Positions 1 through 12,330 of a DNA stretch of 64,000 nucleotides are shown piece after piece; the first letter of the stretch is position 1, and every line of letters starts with the position of its first letter. The DNA is from Haliotis cracherodii (lineage: Eukaryota). The translations under genes were made by a program, and so were the position numbers. The notes below the pieces were generated by a model, which was given only the letters and a program-made list of their open reading frames with translations, did not search any database and was not told where the DNA came from. The stretch lies in contig NW_027266319.1 in assembly GCF_022045235.1 (NCBI RefSeq), forward strand, positions 63,426,001-63,490,000, given 5' to 3'.

Positions 1-129
1 AGAAAGAACTATGTGGTGTACGAGAGTGCATTGCGTAGTCTATACAGTTTGGTCTGTGTTTTGTATAAGAATGTTGTGTTAATTAAATAAAATCTATGAA
101 ATACATGACTAAACTACGAATACCACAAA

Positions 130-1735
130 CATATCTTTACGGGCATTCAGATCCGTGTCTCCAAAATGTGACACATTTTGACAGTAATTTTCCAACAAAA
201 GCAATTTTCATTCCTGAACAACCCATTTGAAAACTCAGTTCATAGTTACATGCGAAGCACGGTTGGTACATGGGATGTGTTGAATATTGCCCATGAACTT
301 CAAGTGTCCGTTGGTAGTGGGTTGTAATCCTACAATTATCCCGATTTAATAATTGGTTTATCAGCTGCATGCGATATCAACACAATTAGTAATGTATTTG
401 ATAAACGTCACTGAAGACGTTTTGTTTTAGAATACAAGTAACACATATTGCCGATATAATGTTAAACCCAGAGCATGGTCTTAACGGACGCAAAATATAG
501 CATCGTATACAATTACACACTGTGAATGGACGCAAATATTTTACACTGCGTGCCCTGTTGGACGCAAGAAATTGTGATTGTTTGAATCATTAAACTTGTT
601 AAAATTGTAGAGTGCATGTCAATATAACTTACATTTTCCTTCCGGTAAGAAATACACTGAAATGTCAGTGGCAGCGGGTAACATCGTCAACATATGTTTG
701 TATCCGGATCTGAAGCAAGCTAGTGTTTTTTGAGCATATACAACGATACATGTAAACGACCTTGGAAATCGAGAGTCCTTTGACAACAGGAGAGATAGAC
801 CCAGGTACATCCCTGCCAGAGTTGAAAACCAAATCACTCACTTGCGACTAATTTTAACGATAAACATCGATGCGACTCCGGAATGTTGACGCTGAACGCG
901 ACAACAATGCGTTAAGATGTCTGACTGATACAGTTATGACTGAAATAAGAAACACCACCGTAGAACATATTTACAGACAATTCCACATGCTTGTCAATGA
1001 CCTAACACGCGTAAGAACGAATCTTGGAACAGGATGGTTGTTATGTCTTCGAAGTGAAACAATGGACCGGTAGCGACAAACAATTGATGTTATTTAGTCT
1101 ACCATGCATCAACGGTAGTATCTTTCATCAGAAATTGGCTTAAAGTTCTCTAAACAATTTACTTGCATACAAATAAAAACATAAGCATCGCTCTCTGATA
1201 TTGTGTTGACAGAGGAAACACAAACCCATAATTGTTTCCTTTCAATGGCACAGCGATTACCAGACACGGACAGGGTATATTGTGGATATCCTCGAGGAAG
1301 GGGACACATTTAGGAGAAGATTTGTTATCAAAAACAGACGGAAAACAAAAACGACGCTCGCAGAGCAAGAAAGAATGTAAGAATTGTCTATAAATTATTG
1401 CGAGTGTAACAAGTGTACAAGTAGTATATCATTTTGTGCTAAGATTCAGAAACTACTGGTCTGTACAACACGATCTCTGCACTTGGAAACACACGCCATT
1501 TTTTTATGAATGAACTACACCCTGTAAACCAGCTGACTTCTCTTTAAAAAGCAGAATTCTTCTCTCCGATACGTACACTGGGTGACACCTATTCTCATGT
1601 CTACAATATGGAAACCCCGGCAAGCATGCCGACTTCAAAGCTAGGAATAGGACCGAAAATTCTAGACTTCCAAACGTAACAGCCTGTCGCCTCAACGTCT
1701 CCTCGTCGAGTCTCGCATTTTCTCGGCGCCGCCAT
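130..1735 (-). pseudogene. Heavily decayed DNA-transposase-like ORF remnant (possibly Academ/DUF6589-type)
   Basis: A minus-strand ATG at 1735 gives MAAPRKCETRRGDVEATGCYVWK. Discontinuous protein-like pieces follow in shifting frames (LNALLSRSASTFRS, SKVVYMYRCICSKNTSLLQ, LLNRDNCRITTHYQRT), with many stops and frameshifts. The family assignment is from remembered motif resemblance only. Confidence 0.3.
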
Positions 1736-2040
1736 CACTGTAGGCAGACGCCGGAAGTGATGTCATTAGTTATGATGCACGCGCAATGTTACGCTAGGAA
1801 AATTCGCTGCACAGATTTGATGAAGCGTGAAGAGATGATTGATAACATTTCTCAACATAGAAAGAGACTGCAGGGAAGCCGGGGACCAGATAATGTCAAT
1901 TATTCAAAAAATGGTATTTGCATTCCTTAGTTTCCGCCTTTCTGAAAACTACAGTTCTGGCATATTTGCTACTCGGAAGGGAAGCCGTAACTTAACGAAT
2001 AGAAATGAAGCTTTCATGACTTTTTGCTCTTTGGAACTTC

Positions 2041-2369
2041 TACGGAAACCTTTAAGGGACACTTGTATTTCAATTTATTTCTTAAAATTTCAAGAATATA
2101 AGTTGAAATTTCAAGATGCTATGTTGCAATGTCAAGATACTAAGCTGAAATTTGAAGGTATATACGTTGACATTTCAAGTTAAAATTTAAAAATTCAACT
2201 TAGTATCTTGAAATTTCAATCATTATCTTGAAATTTCAACTTAAAATGTTTCTTTAAATGTCAACTTAGTATCTCGGAATTTCAACATAGCATCTGGAAA
2301 TTTCAACATAGCATCTTGCCATTTCAAGAAAAATAATTACCCCGAAAATGGCCCTATAAGGCTTCCGTA
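2041..2369. mobile_element. Foldback-type MITE with ~21-bp TIRs and a 6-bp TSD
   Basis: Left end TACGGAAACCTTTAAGGGACA matches the reverse complement of the right end, TACGGAAGCCTTATAGGGCCA. AACTTC flanks both sides (2035-2040, 2370-2375). The interior is inverted arrays of ~21-bp GAAATTTCAAGATACTAAGTT-like units. Confidence 0.8.
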
Positions 2370-2849
2370 AACTTCCTTTAACATTGCTGTTTAATATTGC
2401 TTGGATCTGGTATCTCAATGAGCCTCCATGTACTTTGCGCGGCATCTGTAGTATTTATGACACATCACATTAAAGATAGACTTACTTCTACATGTTCTAT
2501 TGCACTTTTTTGTACGCTTTTGTCATTTGTCCACCAGGACACATTACAACCGTTTGTATTAAAAATGAAAAATAAAAAACGCAAAGGTTAATATTAAGTA
2601 TATATTTAATGGTCACATAAACATTCAAGTATTTTCGTTTTATAGACGTATTCATCAAAATTTAACACTAAATATAAATTTGAAACAAGTCTTGTGTAAT
2701 AAGTGTTCAAGGTGGCAGCATCCGTTGCCAGTCGGTGACATAATAACTATCCATGTGGATAAAATATTAATACCCCGAAGTTTACAATGCGTGTTAGTGT
2801 GTTGTTAAACTGTGTATATGTGAATACGTTACCATACGTCATGGACGGT

Positions 2850-4140
2850 AATTCACGGACCTCTCCATGTGTGAATAGCCGAAGTAGTGTGCTCTTAATT
2901 TGCACAAATTTATTTCGTCATCTAGATGTTACTTCCTGATAATGTTAAAAATAAAAGAGTGTTAAAACAATTTTAAGTAAATAATTATATGTCATACAAT
3001 AAAGTGAAAATAAACTGTAACAGTGTCTTCATTAATTTCAGAAGCAGATGGTTGAACAAAGTGAATTATCTGTGGAAGAAATATTACATCCTTATCTTAA
3101 ACTCAGGGACAATGTTTATAACATACGAGGTTGTGTATCCCCTGGTCAGAATCAGCCAACAATTTAATTTCAATTTACAACATGTGAAAATATATATTTC
3201 AATTTATAATTAACCTGGTATTCAGCAAATAGGAACACTGTGGTCTGTAACATGGTAAACATTGATACATCTCTACTTTTTATCCACGAATGGGAGTTCC
3301 CAACGAAATGGTGGGACTAAATAGATGTTTCGTGTTTATTGAAATCCTTGACAAACATTTTTTTTATGTTTTCGGGAAACACCCAGTTGATATAAACCAG
3401 AAACCAAGAACTCCAAACCGCTGAGTAAGGTTGAATGCTGCGATACCATCCCAGTAAAAAGGGTGATGTAAATACAAATAAATTATCAATCAACACGTAT
3501 GTATTGACATATTGTTTTAAGATCCTTTTTTTTGTGAGTCAGATGGTATGCACTGTAATGAATCCTGATCCTATGTTGAAAACGGTAGATGCACATTCTG
3601 TAAAACATATAATATTTGTGTATGCATATTACCACTATCAGGAACACTTGGAATATAACGTGAAGAAGTTGTGGTATTTATACGAGCAATCCCATACCTA
3701 CCCATCCAATTGGTGGTCCATGCGAGCCCGAACAAATATTTACGGCATCAAATGAATAGATATGAAATAGATATGAAACGAGGTCTTCATCAGCGTGTAT
3801 TGGTGTTACACATACCGCATACCGTTCCAGCACTTATGCATCATCCTGAGTTTTACCTTAGTCTCTGCGGTAGTTTGCAGGAAGCTGAAACAACATAGAT
3901 TTTCTACAATGTTCTACCCTTTGTTTTCACGCTGTTTTAACGTAACAAAGAAACACAGCAGGAAATACAAAAAAGTTACCTTATCCTCAGTTGCAGGCGC
4001 ATGTGGCAACGTATACGATGACATGAAATCTGGGTACAATGGAGTCTTTCATAGATCGGGGGATGCTGAGACGGTTGGTAGATGTCTTAAACAGAATGGT
4101 CCAGAAGATGCATCATCGGATGTTTTCTGTTATCTAAATA
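2850..4140 (-). pseudogene. Possible decayed intron-containing gene or transposase remnant
   Basis: A GT..AG intron at 3979-3885 (minus) joins ...SYTLPHAPATEDK to LPANYRRD... in frame. Further exon-like blocks (ECASTVFNIGSG...; LVCYKHCP...IHFVQPSASEINEDTV) carry premature stops. Confidence 0.2.
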
Positions 4141-4166
4141 GGTGGGTTGGTAGTGGTGGGATAAGC

Positions 4167-4260
4167 ACGGGTGGCTCAGTTGTCTAAGGCGACAGAATTG
4201 ACTTTGTAAATATTCGTCCCTTAGGCGTGTCGGAAACCGTGGGTTCGACGCTGTTCAAAA
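4167..4260 (+). mobile_element. Diverged SINE family B head fragment
   Basis: CACGGGTGGCTCAGTTGTCTAAGGCG...CGTCCCTTAGGCG...GTGGGTTCGA aligns with the head of the copy at 15223. Confidence 0.6.
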
Positions 4261-4370
4261 CGAGGCAACTCACTCACCCATTAAATGGAAATGTACAGTT
4301 AACTAAAACCATAATTTGGAGGATGGTATTGCTTCCTTAAGGCGTACCATAGTGCGGTGATCGTGGGTTC

Positions 4371-4534
4371 TGCCGGCGGTCGGGTAGCCTAGTGGTTAAA
4401 GCGTTCGCTCGTCACGCCGAAGACGCGGGTTCTATTCCCCACATGGGTACAATGTGTGAAGCCCATTTCTGGTGTCCCCCGATGTGATATTGCTGGAATA
4501 GTGCTAAAGGCGGCGTAAAACCATACTCACTCAC
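4371..4534 (+). mobile_element. SINE family A (tRNA-Asp-like head, (ACTC)n tail)
   Basis: A box TAGCCTAGTGG, GTC anticodon-like loop and B-box-like GGTTCTATTCC. 10-bp TSD TCGTGGGTTC. Confidence 0.9.
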
Positions 4535-4679
4535 TCGTGGGTTCGATTCTCGTCTTTGAAATGTAGTCCGTTATATTACAGGGTATAATGTTAATGTGTG
4601 AAGTGATGCAGTTCTTTTTGTATACCAGTTTTGTGAACGATCACAGGTAAGGTGAGGACAAACCAGAAATCAAAACCAA

Positions 4680-4778
4680 TGCGTGCCTGGGATTCGAACA
4701 CCCAATTGTAGGATTGTGGCACGCTTAAGGGACGCAACTCTGCACAGCCAACTGCAACGCCTTAGACGACTGGGCTGT
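4680..4778 (-). mobile_element. SINE family B head fragment
   Basis: GGGATTCGAAC...AAGGGACGCAACTCTGCACAGC...GCCTTAGACGACTGGGC is the reverse complement of the B head. Confidence 0.7.
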
Positions 4779-4789
4779 AAAAAAAGTAA

Positions 4790-4963
4790 CAGCAAAATAC
4801 GATTATAACGAACACGCTTATAACGAACTGACGGATATAACGAATTTATCTTTTGGTCCTGGCCATTGCTGAATATATGCTGTATATATGCTTATAACGA
4901 ACTACGGTTATAACGAACTAAAATTAGCAGTCCCTTTGAGTTCGTTTTAACCGTAGTTTACTG
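4790..4963. mobile_element. pogo/Tigger-like MITE
   Basis: TIRs CAG(T/C)AAA..TACG.TTATAACGAA / TTCGTT.TAACCGTAGTTTACTG with a right TA. TTATAACGAA is repeated internally. Confidence 0.75.
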
Positions 4964-5153
4964 TATTTGGCGAAATACAGTATTATGTGTATATACCAGT
5001 GCTCGTTAATCAAACGCGGCCATAGCACAAACCTCACGTCAGTGAGAGGGAAGACGTCAAAAGATATATCGAGCAGCTCTTAACTGCAGTCAGCTAACAA
5101 GAAATCACTAGGACAGAACAGCAATGAATTGACGGGAGTTTATATTGAAAATA

Positions 5154-5313
5154 CAGTAAACTACGGTTATAACGAACTGACGGATATAACGAACTTACTT
5201 TTTGGTCCCGACTATTTGCTGTAGTTATGCTGTATATATGCTTATAACGAACTACGGTTATAACGAACTAAACTTAGTAGTCCCTTTGAGTTCGTTATAA
5301 CCGTACTTTACTG
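5154..5313. mobile_element. pogo/Tigger-like MITE
   Basis: TA-CAGTAAACTACGGTTATAACGAAC...GTTCGTTATAACCGTACTTTACTG-TA; near-identical to the copies at 4790 and 50088. Confidence 0.85.
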
Positions 5314-5555
5314 TATATGGAATAGAACAGAACAGAACAGAACACATTGACAGATTGCATTGGTTCTGGGATATTCCTGGAAGATTTCGGTTGATCATGT
5401 ATGAGGCAAGGTGCATCTCCCCAGTTGACTGAAACAGAGCAGCCAGATCTGTTTGATCAAGGTGAAAGTTGGAATCATGTTATAACATATCTGCCGTGCA
5501 GATCAGGTATGGAGTAAGGGTATGAATAAACTTTAACAGCAACGACGACGTTGAA

Positions 5556-6431
5556 TGTATATCCTGTTCCCGTGTATACTCGTTTAAAAAACATGATCTG
5601 AAAAGATACGGTCAAAACCTTTGCTGAAGAAACACCATCTTTAAACTTTCAACTACTGTTTCCTGAATGAGAAGTTAGTTTGTAAACAGCTAGGTTCGCT
5701 GTTCTAACAGTATTACAACTACTGAATAAATAACCCACGATTTCAGTATCGTTAGCATTGAGCATTATTCAGGTTGATGAAAGCATCTGAATGATAGTGA
5801 ATGGTCTGGTCTCTGTACCCTGCATATGGAATAACAATCAGGCGTTTACATGAGTCGAGGCAACACGGTGTATCCCTAGATACAGAACACTGAACGTGCT
5901 CAGTACAAGTTAGGTTGATATACCACAGTGATTGTTTGATGGTCCGAGTGGCTTAAGAAGTCCATGTTGTGCAGTATCTCAATGATAGCACAGGCACCCA
6001 GGCTTATCAGACCAGAGCGATCACCTGCAGCGCTGCCAGTGAGACTGTGACAAGTACAAATTCCACCTCTCCAGTGTTGGGGGACGTGCGGCGTCAGTAT
6101 CAGCCTCCGTGTCCAGCACGACGTTCCCATCGACCCTGCCCACCCTTCAGCGGACTGTGGCTTCGATAGCAGCTTGACAGCTTCTGGCTCGCCTCCCGAT
6201 GTCTTGAACCCTATCGAGTTTCACAAAATAGACATCGTTCATTCAAAACACATATCTGTTTCAACGATCTTCTCTTTAAACACTGATGCCGTCACATCAA
6301 GCGCTATAAACACGACCCCTGACCTCTGGGTGAGTCTCCGGACAAGTACAGGATGGTAGGGATAGTAAGGTAGCATTTATCGCCTACTTTGATGACGCCC
6401 GATGCCTGTACTATCGTAGTGGGGTGTTACA
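5556..6431. mobile_element. Candidate solo LTR
   Basis: Bounded by TGT...GTGTTACA (reads TGTAACACCCC on the minus strand) with TGAA on both sides. A 4-mer match is weak evidence. Confidence 0.25.
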
Positions 6432-6539
6432 TGAATAACACAATGGTAACAACTCTCTCTCAACCCAAGTAATAGGTATGGCGGGTACTAGTTTAGGGTG
6501 CCTTACTGTCACGGATTCAATGCTCTGTAATGAGGAAGC

Positions 6540-7230
6540 TGTAATGAAAGGAGAGGGATATGAGGTTAAGATGTATATTCCCCAACTTCTTAGAAGACGT
6601 TATAAAAGTTAAACTTGATGTTCAAATTGGGTTTGGGGATTTCTGTTATAAAGAAGCTTTTATGAAATGAGACATTTGCATGAGGTTAACGTGTATGTAC
6701 ATCCGTATTTTCTCGAAGTTGTCAATATATATCTCTTTTTCCTTCATCAAAAGGTAAATCTTGATGTTCAAATTGGGTTGAGGTGTAAGGTTTTCAGATA
6801 TGAGCAAGCTTCAGTGAAAGAAAACTTTGAGGCCAAGGTGTACATACCGTATTTCGTCGAGGACGTTGCCAATTTTCAGTCTCTTTTCGTTTATCATAAA
6901 GGTTAAACTTGATGTTCATATTGGGTTGAGGTGTAGGGATTTCTTTTAGTGGAAACTAAAATGAAAGGAAACGGGCCTGCGATTAAGGTGCATATACCCA
7001 TATCTCCGTTGACATCAACATACAAACTTTTATTTGTTCATTATAAAGATATTGATGTTCATATTGGGTTGTGGTGGAGGGTTTTCTATTACGAGGATGT
7101 TTTTTGAAAGGAGGCAATATTTTGTAAGAGATTAAGGTGTGTGTCCTCCCGTATTTCTTCGAAGACGTTGATATTTTATAAATCATAAGTTTGAACTTCA
7201 TTGCAACTTGATGCTCATATTATTTATTGT
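6540..7230. repeat. Degenerate ~147-bp tandem repeat, about 5 units
   Basis: The anchor CTTGATGTTCA(A/T)ATTGGGTT or a variant occurs at 6614, 6760, 6908, 7051 and 7207. Confidence 0.75.
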
Positions 7231-8588
7231 GAAGATCCTTTGACATTCCCATTTATGTCTGACGCATGTGATTTTATATTTTATTTCATTTTTTCATATA
7301 CTTGCCATTGACGTTTAACGTCATTTCGACAATAATTAAAATGGAGGTATATTAAATATTCAGTGTTTAATGCAATGAGATGTTGTGGCATATTACACGT
7401 AAATATTTAAACACACAAAACAGGAAGCGAGTGGAGGTTTCGTTATAGTAAGATGAGAAATCCTACCAAAATTTAAAGTGGTTTGTGTGGGAACACTAAA
7501 CCTAATGTCATTGAGAGGCGATGCTGTGGCTTTGAGAATCATTCTGTGGACTTGATACTCTTCAGTGAAATATTTTGATTGCCTATATACTTTTAACTTT
7601 TAACTTTATTATGCCACACAAGACGTTGCTTGATAATTTTTTTATGGATTTCTTATGTAAAGTTTTTTTTGCTTTTAAAGGAAGGGGCGCCCACTCTGAG
7701 ACCCTTTTAATTGGCGTTTTTTATTTTATTTTCTGCACTGATGTTAACGCGAAAAACAGTTGTATTTCAAGAATGAATAACAGTAACTAATACTGATATA
7801 TATTAATTTTTTTCTAATTTCAATACGTCTTACTTTTTAATAAAGCTATTCTAAATGGACATGCTTTAAAACATTGCATTTTAATGACATCAAGTATATG
7901 AGGTAAATAACGGATTTTATCATTCGGATTCAGGGTGATGGGATGCTGTTTGTTGACCAATTCCACGTATGGCGCTCGTGGGTTAAGTTCGTTCAATCAC
8001 AATTCTTCCATGATTTGTTTTCCATCACTGCATATTTAATGGGGTGATCCACTGTATCTACTAAATGCTTCCACATTTGAGCACATATTATTCATGAAAT
8101 GTACATAAAAGTACATGTTTAACTGAGAGTCCTAGAACGGTGTGGGAATGTTAGCTATAGATCATGTGCAAAACTGATTGGGATTGCATTTACATTTACT
8201 ACCTTTCCATTAGCACGATACAAAAATATACACCGAAACGCATGCATTAAAATGAAATGTTTTAAGCAAATATTTATTTTGTTATATGGGTTCTAAGTAG
8301 ATCTTAACACATTTTAACATTTCTCTTTAAACAAACACATTTAAACAAAGCGAAAGATGCTAACTGTTTTTTTTAATACATATTCCATGTTATGTTAGTC
8401 GGATATTCAAGGACTGTCAATATTGTATTTTGATATTACTGTGATACTAAATGTCATATTACTTGTACGACGTGAACTCTTGGTTCAAAGATTTCATCTC
8501 TACTCTGTGTGTACACATATTTAATGCTGACCGCAATCGCCATAATTACATTCAATTTTATATTAGCAGGGCAAATGCTGGATAATTT

Positions 8589-8853
8589 GACCGCCACCGT
8601 GGTCTAGTGGATAGAGTGTCCGCCCGGAGGTCGGGGGTTGGATCCCCGGCCGCGTTATATCAAAAGACGTTTGAAGATGGTACTTGTTGTTAGCCTGCCT
8701 GGCGGCCGGAATTAAGGGGCTAAAACAAGGACGGGTCGGCTCGGAGTCAGTATCCTGTGTCTGAGTGGGTTATTCAGGTTAAACTGCGGCATGGTATCTC
8801 ATTGGGCTAGCAGTAAAAAGTCGGCATCAGTCCGGACTAGTACAAGCAGCCAC

Positions 8854-8884
<31 letters not shown>

Positions 8885-8945
8885 GTGCATTCACGTCGCT
8901 ATGTAATTGCAAAAATCTTGGACGCGACGTTAAACCCCATTTCAC
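8589..8945 (+). mobile_element. SINE family C (tRNA head plus V-domain-like core)
   Basis: GTGGTCTAGTGG A box, B box, and a ...CAAAAGACGTT..AAGATGGTACTTGTTGTT.CCTGCCTGGC core resembling the V-SINE domain. Six copies occur in the window. Confidence 0.85.
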
Positions 8946-11559
8946 AAACGCACCTGATAATTAAGAATCTCATGCTTGTAATGTCTATTGACCTGCCTTT
9001 GCATGTGTTTGTGACAGGTGCCACCGGTGGGGCGGGATACGCTCACCATTTCGCGAACACCTGGTATCATCATTATTTGATTCATGATTCATAAACACAT
9101 GATCATGATATGGTTGGAATCTTACAATGAACTCTTCTTTTAGCAGAGATTTCTTTGAATATGGAAAGGGTTTTGTCGCTTTTATTAATAATAAACAATA
9201 ACAGCAAAGCTAGCGCAATTTAAGAATAAACAGTCATAATAGATATGTATTCATTACAATAACAAAAATGATAATTATAATGACATAAATCATAAGACTG
9301 ATACAATAATGATAAAACGCTGGCGATGATCATGATGATGATAACGTACGTAATGACGTAACCTACAGCACAGTTCGAACAAGTAAACATTGTTTTACGC
9401 CAAACGTATGCGTGCGATACCGACCCAAACTCAACCTGGTCTATTAGCAGACGGGTAATGGAAAAATCATCTTATTTACACACAATACCTTGTGAAGTCG
9501 ACATCAAAGATAACCGACCCGATAATTAGCGTATATCAGCCTTAATGGGCCAACACTCTGCCAAAAGAGCATCAAAGTCTTATCTCTGTTCAGAGACACC
9601 CGTGGAGACTATTACGTGGCTCCCAGTGATGTGCTTGCCTTTCTCTGAATGCGGCGTGGGACGGTGCAGAGCGTGAATAATAGCATGGACTCCGTTGCAT
9701 ACAGCACTTCGCATGGAGATTTGTCACCCAGAACAATTGGGAATTAGCAAAGAAAGAAAAATACCACAAGCCTTTAATTTGTGTCTTCCGGAGTCTACTT
9801 GGCGCCTTTCTTCGGCTGGAGCTATTCATAAAAATTCCTCAATTTGTTTTGACTCGGAGGTACCTATAACGACAGAATTAGCGTGCCTTTCGAATAGGCA
9901 TTGGGGTTGGATTTCGCGAGTCTTTGAACGGCCCGCTAGAAATATCGAATCGTCAAATAAAGAAAAATATTTCGGTTTTAAAGCTTTCGTTCACGCAATA
10001 ATGTCCTGGCTAAGCATGAGAACGAAAAGTCATAATGCATTGAAGTAATAAAATTGACCTAAAAGACTCTTTATCGGTAGCTTGAATGCCCCTTGTGTTT
10101 TCACCGAGTCAACACCAACTCGTGAAACTTGAGAAATCACAAACAGTTTGCTGGGCATGTTGTTCAAGCGGCTAGTCCATTCTTTGTCTAATGTATTTGC
10201 ACTGAAAATGGGAAAATCTAAACCCGGACTTCATGCATGTCTCGCGTTTCCATTCTCTTGTCAAAATACGACCGGGACCATTACGACGAGACGTTGGGGT
10301 GGGACACGGGGGCCGTGGGGGACCCGCAGGGGAGGAAGAGAGAAGAAATTGGGGTTTATTTAGACCGTTGAGTGAGAGTTCAATCGTGTATTGACTGGAT
10401 GGTTCAGACGGGTGGAGCGGTTTGAACGATATTGGGCTGATTATTTGTTAGGCGGCACGAGAGAGGAATTAGAGTGGCGAACAGCCATTGTTGATACATG
10501 ATGTTAGTTCTTATGTTATCATAAGCTTATCACAGGACTAACACTTGCGAGGCAATGTTTAACATGGCACTTCCTTAAAGCAGTGGCACCAACTCGGGGG
10601 TCAGGTCGGTGTTTGGTGAAGATGGTTTACGGTTGGATACAGGGTGATAAGCAAATAGGATTAGGCAAAGATGATATATGGTAATGGTTGATTTGGATAA
10701 GGATTAGGGCGTGTGTGCACGAAGCTTTAGGGAAGCTACAGGTGTTGTAGGCTGAAGTAGATATGATTGAATGGGCATTCGATAAGGGGCAGAAAAGACA
10801 TCATGTAATTTATCAGATCTTTAACTTACCGGTTTTTTATTAGGGGACCTAAAGACATTTTAATGGCTAGGAATATGTATTTAGTGGATTGGTGTAGTTA
10901 GTGTGTAAATCACAGGTCATAAATAGTACTTGTGAAATTGCAGTAAAAGGGGTATTACATGGCTGAAATATTGTATCTAATAAATATTTCACTATATTGT
11001 ATGCTATCAAATACATATTGTACTATCCTGTAAACTATCGATTACATATTGTATACATATTGAATACTATACTGTACAATATCGAATGCTTATGACACTA
11101 TATTGTACACTATGGATGGATATTACACTGTTCTATACACTAATACAGTGTGCTTAAACAATGGTTCCTTTATAACATTTGGTTGTTAAAAATTACAAAA
11201 ACATTCTAACAAACATTTTGAAACCAAGGAACAAGGCTAAACTATATCTTTTAGTGGCAATTATAAAGCCGCAGTAACAGTGAAGACTATTCAATCAAGC
11301 GACAAAGGAACAAGTATCTGTCCCTAACCTTCGCTTCAAAGCAATAAAGAAGTTAAAATCTATGTCATTCCTGTCTTCTAGTGTTATACATATGTGCTTA
11401 GAGACGTTTTAAGATTTACTACGGTAACAGTCTGTGTAGCGGGTGGATATTTGTCCTCAGTATAACGAAGATATGTTTAGTATCTGTTTGTTGTATAACG
11501 CCCCCAACTATAATGGCGTCTGGATCATACAAATGTGATTGATATTATTAACAAGGATC

Positions 11560-11669
11560 ACGATGACACACAGTCTGTCAAGTCTCCGAGGCTGACCAAC
11601 CGATCCCGTTATTCGCCTTTTACAAGCATGGGTTGCTGAAGACATATCCTAACCCAGATCTTCACGGTC
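11560..11669 (-). mobile_element. SINE family D fragment
   Basis: CCGATCCCGTT..TCGCC..CAAGCATGGGTTGCTGAAGAC..GATCTTCACGG is shared with the copy at 14537. Confidence 0.7.
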
Positions 11670-11805
11670 TTACTTGATAAGAATGATGCAAATCTACATA
11701 CTGCAATTAGAATAGCATCATCCGATTCTACTACGATCACGATTAGCTCATGTTATCGATGTTGATACGTAATATCACTAAGGTGTGTGTACCATCTTGC
11801 AAAGA

Positions 11806-11953
11806 GGCGTCGGGGTAGCCTCGTGGTTGAAGCGTTCGCCCTTCACTCGGAAAATCGGGGTTCGATTCCTCACATTGGTACAATGTCTGAACCCATTTCT
11901 GGTTTTATGCTGCAATATTGTTTAAAGTGGCGTAAAAGCCTTATCCACTCACT
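11806..11953 (+). mobile_element. SINE family A, diverged (second diverged fragment at ~12117-12243)
   Basis: GGGTAGCCTCGTGGTTGAAGCGTTCGC...GGTTCGATTCC...CCCATTTCTGG...GGCGTAAAA. Confidence 0.75.
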
Positions 11954-12256
11954 GTTCCTCCAAAAGCTGGACACTGAACAAGAACAAAAGACAGTTTACA
12001 TACTTCCCAGAATACGAAATGACTACTACCACCCCTGCAAAGATATTTATTACAGCTGTAATCTTATGTTCTCAAATTAATAAGCGAAGACCCTTTCTAT
12101 ATAAGCGTACTTGCAAGGGGCGAAGGGGTAGCTCGGTGGTTAAAGTTGCCCCTTGTCGTGGTGTAACTCCGGGTTCGATTCCGACGTTAGTACGTGAAGT
12201 CAAATGAGTTGCCTTAAAAGTGGTGTAATCCCTCACTCACCCAACCGTCCCTCGTC

Positions 12257-12258
<2 letters not shown>

Positions 12259-12291
<33 letters not shown>

Positions 12292-12292
12292 T

Positions 12293-12329
<37 letters not shown>
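12259..12329. repeat. (GT)n microsatellite, the expanded internal CA tract of the adjacent SINE C
   Basis: Direct reading; contiguous with GGCTGCTTGTACTA of the minus-strand SINE C. Confidence 0.9.

Positions 12330-12330
<1 letters not shown>

Noticed and set aside
1839-2183. 114-aa ORF
   Set aside because: Non-ATG start, and its second half lies inside the MITE repeats.
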